Origin: Elusimicrobiota bacterium
GTDB lineage: Bacteria; Elusimicrobiota; Elusimicrobia; UBA1565
Length of the DNA stretch: 40,555 nucleotides
NCBI GenBank assembly: GCA_043827405.1
Contig: JBDRPD010000094.1
Location: forward strand, 1-40,555
Reading direction: 5' to 3'
The notes under the pieces were generated by a model, which saw nothing but the letters and a program-made list of their open reading frames with translations, had not been told where the DNA came from and searched no databases. Both the position numbers and the translations under genes were made by a program. Positions 29,693-36,885 of the stretch are shown piece after piece (the first letter of the stretch is position 1; each line of letters starts with the position of its first letter).

Positions 29693-30732
29693 AAATCCTT
29701 CGCGCAGCGAAAGCCCAGCGTATAGCCCCGGTATTCGGGCTCGCGATAAGCGCGTTTGGCGCAGCGTACCGAACTCGGCGCGCTGCGTGAACTGCCGCCC
29801 CGTACGCCGCGGAAGCTTCCGCGCTGGGGACCGCCCGGATTGCGGCTCGGGGCCCCGGAATAGTAGCCCGCGTCATACCAGTCCGCGACCCACTCGGCGG
29901 CGTTGCCCGCCATATCGGAACAGCCGTAGGGGCTGCGGCCGTCCATAAACTGTCCCACCGCGGTCCACTGTCCTTCATAGCTTCCCACCGGAGCGGGATA
30001 GATATAGCCGTCCTTCTCAAAGCCCTTGAACTCCAGATAGCCGTCAAACGACTCGACGCCGCGCGCGGCGATGTCGAGCCCCTTCTTCTCCCAGCCCGTG
30101 TTCGCGCGCCCCCAATCCCAGAAGCTGCCCCAGGGCCAGCGCCGGCCGTCGTGCCCGCGGCAGGCTTTTTCCCACTCTGCCTCCGTCGGCAGCCGCTTTC
30201 CCGCCCAGGCGGCATAGGCATAGGCGTCGAACCAGTCGACGCCGACGACCGGATTTTCATCTTTGCGGAAAGTGTCTCGTCCGAACGGCGCGGCAGCCGC
30301 ATAGGCGCGATCTTTGAGCAGCGGGTTGTATTCTCCCCAGTAGCGCGGCGTATGATCCTTGCCTTTGGGCTCGTCCGCATGGCACTTTCCGTGATCACGC
30401 GTCTTCTCGATCCAGTCGAGGAACTTCCGGTATTGGGCGTTGCTTACTTCATAGCGGTCGATGGCATAGCCGCGCAGCGTCACCCTGCGCTGCGGCCGCT
30501 CTTCCGCATGCTCCCAGCCGTCGTGCGCCCTATGGATCAGCGCGTCATGAGCGCTCAGCGGCTTGCTCCCGTCCGGCCAATCCTTGGGCGCATCGGGATG
30601 CTTTTCCGCCGTCCCCATGAGAAACTCTCCGGCCGGGATCACGATCATATCGGCGCCGACCGCGTTTTTGGAGACGGCAGACGGCGCCAGGACCATGCAC
30701 AGCACGAAACCAAGCGGCAGCGCTCTCCTCAT
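29689..30732 (-). CDS. Exported FGE-sulfatase (SUMF1/EgtB/PvdO) fold protein
   Basis: Signal peptide; IPAGEFLMG, EVSNAQY, RLPTEAEWEKACRG, DMAGNAAEW, RGGS, GFRCA. Confidence 0.9.
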   Translation of the reverse strand: MRRALPLGFVLCMVLAPSAVSKNAVGADMIVIPAGEFLMGTAEKHPDAPKDWPDGSKPLSAHDALIHRAHDGWEHAEERPQRRVTLRGYAIDRYEVSNAQYRKFLDWIEKTRDHGKCHADEPKGKDHTPRYWGEYNPLLKDRAYAAAAPFGRDTFRKDENPVVGVDWFDAYAYAAWAGKRLPTEAEWEKACRGHDGRRWPWGSFWDWGRANTGWEKKGLDIAARGVESFDGYLEFKGFEKDGYIYPAPVGSYEGQWTAVGQFMDGRSPYGCSDMAGNAAEWVADWYDAGYYSGAPSRNPGGPQRGSFRGVRGGSSRSAPSSVRCAKRAYREPEYRGYTLGFRCAKDL

Positions 30733-33700
30733 TCGATCGTCCGCAGGAAATTAACCAAGTCGTCGAGCTCACGCGCGCTGAGCTGCGATGTCCCGCCATG
30801 GGTGTCGAAGCCGATGCGCGAACCCCCCTCGATGCTGGCGCGCATCTGCGGCGATGCGCAGCAGACGGCGAACGTCTCATTGAAGCCGACCTCGCGCCGG
30901 CCCGGACGCTCGGCTTCGCCGCCCAGCAGGGGTTCGTACTTAAACTTCCGCAGGCCCATATGGCCGCGCGCAGACACGGATTCCCGCAGCGTCCGCGCCA
31001 GCCCGTTATGCAGAAAAACCGGCGGCCGGTCCCACAAGCCGCGCAAGCCGAGAATAGTTATATGTCCCTGCGTCTCCTCGACGCGGCCCTTATCCCAGGG
31101 TTCGAGGTCGCGCTTATAATCGTTGAGTGTGTCGAGATAGTTCATGCCGATCAGGGTAAATGCCGCGTCGCGCTCGGTAAACAGCACCTGCGGAGTGATC
31201 GCCTGCTGACGGTTGCCGTCCAGGTCCTTTTTCGCGAAATGCGGCGGCGGATGGCAGGAGTTGCAGCCGAGCTGCGCTTCCTGGTAGAGCTTCAGCCCCC
31301 GGCGCACCGACTCGCTGCGCGGATCAAACGGATTCGGCATCAGCCGCGGCTCATGCATTTGCCATTCCCCGACGAAGCGCTGAAAGTCGCGCAGCGTGAA
31401 GCCCTTGCCGAAATGACGCATGCCGACATTGCGAAACATTTCGTCGCGCCGCTCCTCCAGGGTGGTCCGGAAATCGGTGGACGCGCTCATGCTCGACTGC
31501 ACATCGTCGACGCCGAACATCACGAAGTCGGCCTCGATGCCGGTATAGTCGCCGTCGGGGACCGGACGGCGGAAGTCATCGGCGGGATTATGCTCCATGA
31601 TCATCGAGCGCGGCTCGTAGCCGGAAATGACGCCCTCGAAAAAGAACGGCTGCAGCCCGAACAGGCCGCGCATCTGCGGAACGTTCATCGTGCCGCCGAT
31701 AATAAACTGCCCCTCCTCCTGGTAGCGCTGTACGTACTCCTGGCCCAGCACCTGGCTGACGCCCCAGGGCCTGCCGTCGCCGGTATCCGCATTGTGGCAA
31801 TGGGCGCAGGAGGTGTCGCCGTCGGAGGAGTAGAAAGACGTATGGGCGAAGAGCTCGCCGCGTTCGGCGCTGGTGTCCGGGAACGGCCGCACCGGGATGC
31901 CGGGGTCGATCACCACCTCGCGCGACTCCCCGCTTTCGCGGTCGATGACGCTGAGCGTGCCGCCGAGGAAGTTGGCGGTGAAGGCCTTGCCCGCCGAAGG
32001 CGTTCCCGGCCGGCCCAGCACGAGGCCGATGGGCAGCAGGCCGGTCTCATAGACCCGCTCGGGTATGAGGTAATTGCTCGGATCGGCCGCCGTCGGATTG
32101 ATCCGCCACTCCTGGACCTGCGAGGTCGACTGCATATTAACCAGCAGCCGGTCGCCGTCGAGCGCCATCATGGCGGGCGTCGCCCCGATCACGCGCATAA
32201 GATCGGGCGGGATGTCGCCCTTGATGTCGCCGTGGGTCGACTCGGCGGTATCCGAGGTGTAGCGCGTCCAGCCGCGATGCGCCTCGTAGCGGTTGGCCCG
32301 CAGCAGATACGGCAGGCCGTCCGGCGCGGCCGGCGGCCGCTGCGGCAGCTCAAGAGCGCCGACGTCGATGAAGACGACGTCGTTCTGGATATCGCGGAAC
32401 TTGATCCCCGCGGTCCCGTCTACGGCATCGAACGGGCCGAGGATATTCTGCTCATCTTTTGGCAGCACGCGGCCCGTTGCCGAATCACGCAGAACGGTGT
32501 ACTGCGCCGCGGGATTTTCCGGGTCGCGGCTCTCGCCGCCGTACGGGTCGCGTTCATTGGTGGTGCCGAAGCCGACGCCCTGGGTGCCGACCATGAGATA
32601 GTCCCGCCCGGTCGCCGTCGAATGATAGACCTGCAGGTCGCTGATCCCGTTCTGGATGTAAATCCCGCCGACCTCGCGCAGGTGCTCGGTGCTGACGATC
32701 GATATGTCCTGGGTCCCGGCATTGCCCACGAACAGCAGCTTGCCGTCGGTGCTCAGCGCCAGCTCCTTGGGCTTGCTGTGGGGATTGCCCACGGGGATAC
32801 CCGGTCCATCCCCCGCCGCCGCGATCCAGTCCCGAATCTGCCGGTAGTCCGGGTCCTCGTCCGGCTCGGCGAATACCACGGTCCGCATGGTCAAAGTGGA
32901 GGTAAAAACGTTGCGATCGGCATAACCGCCGTGTTTGACCGGCAGCGCCGCCCGCAGCAGGATGCTCTCTTCCGGTTCGCCCGGACGGACATGCGGCACG
33001 GCCGACAGCAGGCTCTTGACGGCATCCTCACCCGCGTAAAACTCGCCCTTTTGCGGATCCGCATGGCAGGAACCGCAGCGTTTCACGAGGACCGGATGGA
33101 CGCGGGCGAAAAATGTCTTATCGTCGAGGCCGCCGAGAACCCGCATGTCGGCGGTGAAGGTCTTCTTGTCCGCCTGGATATCGACCACGAAGACCTGGTC
33201 GAGATAGCGGTTGGCGACGAATGCCCGCCGCCCGTCCTGGGCGAAAACGATATCCTGGGCGTAGAAGTCGAGCGGGATTTCCGCGACGACTTTATCGGTT
33301 TTGGTGTCGATCACGCTGGCGAAGTTGGAAAAACGACTGGTCACGATCAGGAACCGCCCGTCCGGATGCAGCCGCAGATGGAAGGGGGCGGAGGCGGGCG
33401 GCCCTTTCTCGCCCTTTATTTTCAGCGCGATGCGGCGGATGATTTCGTCCTTGGCCACGTCGTAAACCGCCACCTCCGAACCCGGTCGAAGTTCCGACCC
33501 CAGAAGGGCGATATAAACTTTATTCCCATCCTGCGAAACGGCGAGGTCGAAGGGATGGTCCCGGCGCGGCTTTGGCTCGGGACCGGGGTTGGGATTGGGA
33601 ACCGGCCGCAGGTTCTCCCGGACATAATGCTCGCCGTAAGCCCAGCGGCGGCTGGTCAGCCGGCCGAAGAGCGAGGGCGGGGTCGCTCCGCTTTGGGCAT

Positions 33701-33800
33701 AGCGGGCGAACGGAACAGTCTCATCGGCCGCGAACGCGGCCAATGCCAGCACCGGCACGGCCGCCAGCAAGACCAGGAGGTTAATCTTTTTCCCGTTCAT
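30729..33800 (-). CDS. Exported YVTN-type beta-propeller / tri-heme c-type cytochrome (inserted mono-heme domain plus C-terminal peroxidase-like diheme)
   Basis: Start placed at MNGKKINLLVLL (signal peptide); repeated xDGxx(V/L)(Y/F)VxN blades; CxxCH motifs CGSCH, CAHCH, CNSCH; PPVFLHNG. Confidence 0.85.
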   Translation of the reverse strand: MNGKKINLLVLLAAVPVLALAAFAADETVPFARYAQSGATPPSLFGRLTSRRWAYGEHYVRENLRPVPNPNPGPEPKPRRDHPFDLAVSQDGNKVYIALLGSELRPGSEVAVYDVAKDEIIRRIALKIKGEKGPPASAPFHLRLHPDGRFLIVTSRFSNFASVIDTKTDKVVAEIPLDFYAQDIVFAQDGRRAFVANRYLDQVFVVDIQADKKTFTADMRVLGGLDDKTFFARVHPVLVKRCGSCHADPQKGEFYAGEDAVKSLLSAVPHVRPGEPEESILLRAALPVKHGGYADRNVFTSTLTMRTVVFAEPDEDPDYRQIRDWIAAAGDGPGIPVGNPHSKPKELALSTDGKLLFVGNAGTQDISIVSTEHLREVGGIYIQNGISDLQVYHSTATGRDYLMVGTQGVGFGTTNERDPYGGESRDPENPAAQYTVLRDSATGRVLPKDEQNILGPFDAVDGTAGIKFRDIQNDVVFIDVGALELPQRPPAAPDGLPYLLRANRYEAHRGWTRYTSDTAESTHGDIKGDIPPDLMRVIGATPAMMALDGDRLLVNMQSTSQVQEWRINPTAADPSNYLIPERVYETGLLPIGLVLGRPGTPSAGKAFTANFLGGTLSVIDRESGESREVVIDPGIPVRPFPDTSAERGELFAHTSFYSSDGDTSCAHCHNADTGDGRPWGVSQVLGQEYVQRYQEEGQFIIGGTMNVPQMRGLFGLQPFFFEGVISGYEPRSMIMEHNPADDFRRPVPDGDYTGIEADFVMFGVDDVQSSMSASTDFRTTLEERRDEMFRNVGMRHFGKGFTLRDFQRFVGEWQMHEPRLMPNPFDPRSESVRRGLKLYQEAQLGCNSCHPPPHFAKKDLDGNRQQAITPQVLFTERDAAFTLIGMNYLDTLNDYKRDLEPWDKGRVEETQGHITILGLRGLWDRPPVFLHNGLARTLRESVSARGHMGLRKFKYEPLLGGEAERPGRREVGFNETFAVCCASPQMRASIEGGSRIGFDTHGGTSQLSARELDDLVNFLRTIE

Positions 33801-34074
33801 TCCTGAGCAGAATCGCCATTCCCTTGGACATAGCCGTCGCGACCTTCTTGCGTGCCGAACCCAGCAGCCGCTGCACGGTACCGCGGGACACACCCATGCT
33901 CACACCCGCTTCCGACTGCATGAAGCCCTCCGCATCGCACAGCCTAAATGCCTCCAACTCGTCGCGGTACAGCGTGATCTTCTTCAGCTCGGGCATAGGG
34001 GTACCGGTGGGCTTGAAGGCGCTGCCCTTGAAGGTACAGCCGCATTTTCTAGGCTTCGGGAGTCTAGGCGCCAT
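33781..34074 (-). CDS. DUF134 (UPF0251) HTH protein, putative transcriptional regulator
   Basis: PRLPKPRKC, FKPTG.P, DELEAFRLCD.EG..Q.EAG.SMGVSRGTVQRLL.SARKKVA; SD AGAGGAAG. Confidence 0.92.
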   Translation of the reverse strand: MAPRLPKPRKCGCTFKGSAFKPTGTPMPELKKITLYRDELEAFRLCDAEGFMQSEAGVSMGVSRGTVQRLLGSARKKVATAMSKGMAILLRNEREKD

Positions 34075-34089
34075 ACTTCCTCTTTAATT

Positions 34090-34111
34090 TGTGCATATGC
34101 ACATTATAGCA
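34090..34111 (-). promoter_or_regulatory. Extended -10 (TGcTATAAT) overlapped by the palindromic operator TGTGCATATGCACA
   Basis: Minus strand TGCTATAATGTGCATATGCACA, 15 nt before the DUF134 ATG; identical 19-mer at 36004-36022. Confidence 0.85.
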
Positions 34112-34115
34112 GGCC

Positions 34116-35903
34116 TCATAGCGTCTTAACGAACGCTATCAGGTCGTCGAGCTCCTGCGGCGTCATATCCGAGGTTATGCCGTGGAGATCCTTCGGGTTA
34201 TGGTCGGTGAAAATCGCGCGCAGCGTCTCCGCCCGCCCGTCGTGCAGGTAGGGCGCGGTCCGGTAGGTCTCGCGCAGAGACGGCGTATCGAAATCGTCGC
34301 GCTGGTCCAGGACGCCCCGCAGTCCCAACTTGTACATCTTCATATCGGTATAGGTCGGCGGCGGATGGCAGGTCACGCAGAGCGCCCGGGAGAATAACTC
34401 GCGGCCGCGTTCAATCACCTCCGGCTCGGTATGCCGGAGCCAAGGATTGGGAGCCCGCGGAGGATTACCCAAGAACTCCACCAAAGCATCATGCCGGTCC
34501 TGACGCGGCAGAAAGCCCAGGAAGCGCTGGCCGCCCTTAATGCCTTCCACCATGGAATCGCGCACCGTGGTCCACATGGCCGGCGGCGTGTCCACAGCGT
34601 CGTGCAGGGACTTCGCGTTCTTGGGATTCTGCAGGCCGTCGTTGTGCAGGTCCCAGTTCAAGCCATCCATCGTCGCGTCTTCCTGATGGCAGCTGGCGCA
34701 GCTGTACCACCGTTGGAAGCAGTAGCCGGCATCGTTTATAAGGAGAGAGCCCTTGCGGTAAAGCGTCATGTCCTGCGCCGGGCCAAGCGGAATCCGGGCT
34801 CTGACCGCGCCGGTCTCCGCATCAAGTACGGAGATATCGTCGCTGTAGTAGTTGGCGGCATAAAATTCACCGGCCTTTTCGTTGAGCGCAACCCCTCGCG
34901 GTACCAGGCCCTCGACCTTCACGCGCCGGGCGATCCCGAGCTGACGTACGATTTCCACATTCTCTTCGAGGTGCCGGACGGCGTCCCCCGCGGTCTTCTC
35001 GACCAGCGCCAGCGCCTTCGCGGTATCGACGATGGCGATCTCATGCGCGCCGGAAAGCGAGATATAGAGCCGCTTGCCGTCGGCCGACAGCGCCATGCCC
35101 CAGGGATTGGCGGCGCCGTCGAGCAGATGGTCCAGCAGCAAAGTCACCCGGTGCCCGGGCTTGCTGAGGTCCAGCACCGAGAAGCCGTTGGAGTTGATCC
35201 AGCCGCGCTCGAGCTGCAGCGTCGGCACCTCGTCATGCCCGACGACATGGTTGACGTACGCCCAGCGCCCGTCGGGAGATACCGCGAGCTGCCGCAAATT
35301 GGAGGCACGGCTCAGGCTCCGGTGCTCGAGCACGCGGCCGTCGGCCGCGTCCAGAATGGACACCCCGCGCCCCAGGCCGTTGGCGACTATCAGCTTTTTG
35401 CCGTCGGGCGTCGCCGCGATGAACCGGGGCTCGCGCTTGACCGGCGCCTCGACGACGGTCTCGCCGCTCTCGACATCGATAATCGAGACGCTGTCGGACT
35501 GCGAGTTGGCGACATAAAGCCTTTTCCCGTCGGCCGAGAGCAGCAGACCATAGGGTTCCAGACCCGTCCGCAGCGAACGCATGACGCGGCGCTTCTTTAG
35601 GTCGACTACGGCGACGTCATCGGCATAGCGCCGGGTCACATACAAGACGCGACCGTCGGGCGCCAGCGCCGCCTGCGCGGGGGCGGAGCCGACATAAATC
35701 TCATACAGCGCTTCACGCCCGGCCACATCCAGAACCGATACGGTCCCCGAGGTATGGTTGACCGCATAGGCCCGCTTGCCGTCCGGCGCCAAAAGGATGT
35801 CCAGCGGCGAGTGATACTGCGACTCATCTCCCCATGCGCCAAGGCAGGGAGCTGCGCCGAGCAGCAGCAGAGCGACGATATGCGGAAAATATCGCACGCT
35901 CAA
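34116..35903 (-). CDS. Exported YncE/YVTN beta-propeller fused to a peroxidase-like diheme cytochrome c domain (HzsB/C-like architecture)
   Basis: TTG start after GAAGGAAGG; signal peptide; many PDG/ADG..YV.N blades; YCFQRWYSCASCH, CVTCH, FDTPSLRE..TAPYLHDG. Confidence 0.88.
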   Translation of the reverse strand: MSVRYFPHIVALLLLGAAPCLGAWGDESQYHSPLDILLAPDGKRAYAVNHTSGTVSVLDVAGREALYEIYVGSAPAQAALAPDGRVLYVTRRYADDVAVVDLKKRRVMRSLRTGLEPYGLLLSADGKRLYVANSQSDSVSIIDVESGETVVEAPVKREPRFIAATPDGKKLIVANGLGRGVSILDAADGRVLEHRSLSRASNLRQLAVSPDGRWAYVNHVVGHDEVPTLQLERGWINSNGFSVLDLSKPGHRVTLLLDHLLDGAANPWGMALSADGKRLYISLSGAHEIAIVDTAKALALVEKTAGDAVRHLEENVEIVRQLGIARRVKVEGLVPRGVALNEKAGEFYAANYYSDDISVLDAETGAVRARIPLGPAQDMTLYRKGSLLINDAGYCFQRWYSCASCHQEDATMDGLNWDLHNDGLQNPKNAKSLHDAVDTPPAMWTTVRDSMVEGIKGGQRFLGFLPRQDRHDALVEFLGNPPRAPNPWLRHTEPEVIERGRELFSRALCVTCHPPPTYTDMKMYKLGLRGVLDQRDDFDTPSLRETYRTAPYLHDGRAETLRAIFTDHNPKDLHGITSDMTPQELDDLIAFVKTL

Positions 35904-35951
35904 TTATATTCCTTCCTTCATAACCTGTCTGTCGGGCGAAATGCTTCTTGT

Positions 35952-35971
35952 TTGTAGTTGGAATCCTACAA
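35952..35971. promoter_or_regulatory. Inverted repeat TTGTAG-N8-CTACAA in the divergent intergenic region
   Basis: Seen directly; lies just upstream of the -35 at 35981. Confidence 0.4.
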
Positions 35972-35980
35972 GGTTATTAA

Positions 35981-36022
35981 TTGCATTCTCTCCCCGTGAG
36001 AGGTATAATGTGCATATGCACA
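35981..36022 (+). promoter_or_regulatory. sigma70 promoter TTGCAT-17-TATAAT with overlapping operator TGTGCATATGCACA
   Basis: TTGCAT 35981-35986, TATAAT 36004-36009, palindrome 36009-36022, SD GGAGGAG, ATG 36036. Confidence 0.88.
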
Positions 36023-36035
36023 CTACGGAGGAGCC

Positions 36036-36389
36036 ATGCCGAAAATCGCCATCCTGCACTGCAAGAAGATCAAGGACCATTCATGCATCGCCTGCGCCAA
36101 GTGCCATAAAGGTATCAAGGAAAAAAACGGGGAGTTCGCGCGTCATGAAGAGATCGATCTAGCCGCCATGACCGACTGCGGCGACTGTCCGGGACTGACC
36201 GTTCCCCGGGTCAAGATGCTGACCGAGCTCACCAAGGGGCTGGGCCGGGATATCGAGGTCCTGCACCTGGGGACCTGCATGAAACTGGCCATGGAAACGG
36301 CGCAGTGCCCGATCGAATACGAAGACCTGAAGACGACGCTGGAAAATAAATTCGGCATTAAGGTCATCCTGGGCACGCACAGCTACTAA
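36036..36389 (+). CDS. CGGC domain putative metal-binding protein
   Basis: KIAILHC, CIACAKC, TDCGDCPG, LHLGTC, CP, VILGTH. Confidence 0.88.
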   Translation: MPKIAILHCKKIKDHSCIACAKCHKGIKEKNGEFARHEEIDLAAMTDCGDCPGLTVPRVKMLTELTKGLGRDIEVLHLGTCMKLAMETAQCPIEYEDLKTTLENKFGIKVILGTHSY

Positions 36390-36403
36390 ACGAGGAGAGA
36401 GTT

Positions 36404-36796
36404 ATGAAAATAGTTTTTCCAGTTAAGACGTACGCGGGATTGGACAGCAAGGTTTATGCGCATTTCGGCACCGCGCCGATGTTCGTCACCGCCGATTCGG
36501 ACAACAACGAGATCGCTCCCCTGGGCGGCGACGACTGCAAGCATAACGGCGGACAGTGCGGCCCGGTGCGGGAGCTGGCGAACAAGGGAGTAGATTGCGT
36601 AGTCGTCGGCGGTATCGGCGGCGGCGCGCTCAACGGACTGCGCGCGGCCGGGATCGAAGTGTATCTGGCGGCCGCCGCGACCATACGCGAGAACCTGGAA
36701 CTGTTGAAAGCGGGAGGACTGCAGAAGGTCGGAGCCAATGCCGCCTGCCCGGGCGGGGGCCACGAGCACGGCGGCGGCTGCGCCCACCACGCATAG
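36404..36796 (+). CDS. NifB/NifX family (Nitro_FeMo-Co) metallocluster-binding protein
   Basis: MKIVFPV, HFGTAPMF, VVGGIGGGA..LRAAGIEVY; Cys/His tail CPGGGHEHGGGCAHH; SD AGGAG. Confidence 0.9.
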   Translation: MKIVFPVKTYAGLDSKVYAHFGTAPMFVTADSDNNEIAPLGGDDCKHNGGQCGPVRELANKGVDCVVVGGIGGGALNGLRAAGIEVYLAAAATIRENLELLKAGGLQKVGANAACPGGGHEHGGGCAHHA

Positions 36797-36801
36797 GCTC
36801 G

Positions 36802-36847
36802 CGACCGTCCCTACACGACCGCCCCCCCTACACGACCGTCCCCCCTA
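36802..36847 (+). repeat. Three direct repeats CGACCG(t/c)C(n)TA(CA) abutting a -35 box
   Basis: Units start at 36802, 36816 and 36833 (periods 14 and 17). Confidence 0.85.
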
Positions 36848-36876
36848 TTGACTCGCTTTGTCGCGGTAGATATACT
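36848..36876 (+). promoter_or_regulatory. sigma70 promoter TTGACT-17-TATACT
   Basis: TTGACT 36848-36853, TATACT 36871-36876; ATG at 36886 without SD. Confidence 0.8.
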
Positions 36877-36885
36877 GCAACCGAA

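Noticed and set aside
28709..30732. Calling the FGE-fold genes sulfatase-maturation enzymes or ergothioneine/selenoneine synthases
   Set aside because: No catalytic Cys segment, no DinB-like iron-binding domain, and no sulfatase or egtD/sen genes nearby.
30798..33806. 1002-aa plus-strand ORF (also 34431..35600, 11701..12957, 22954..24447 and similar)
   Set aside because: Mirror frames of well-supported genes on the opposite strand; expected from codon bias, with no recognisable domains.
33801..33893. Upstream extension of the 1054-aa ORF (likewise 36556-36885, 20112-20159, 11678-11755, 10394-10492)
   Set aside because: These extensions overlap neighbouring genes or promoters; downstream starts give proper signal peptides, SD sites or coupling.
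30729..35903. Interpreting the cluster as true anammox hydrazine synthase
   Set aside because: Only architectural similarity; no recognisable full HzsA or hydrazine dehydrogenase/HAO genes, and the context is a fermentative heterotroph.
34090..36022. The inverted 19-bp copies as terminal repeats of a mobile or invertible element around the propeller-diheme gene
   Set aside because: No transposase or recombinase and no target duplication seen; both copies coincide exactly with -10 boxes in front of SD/ATG, so an operator is the simpler explanation.
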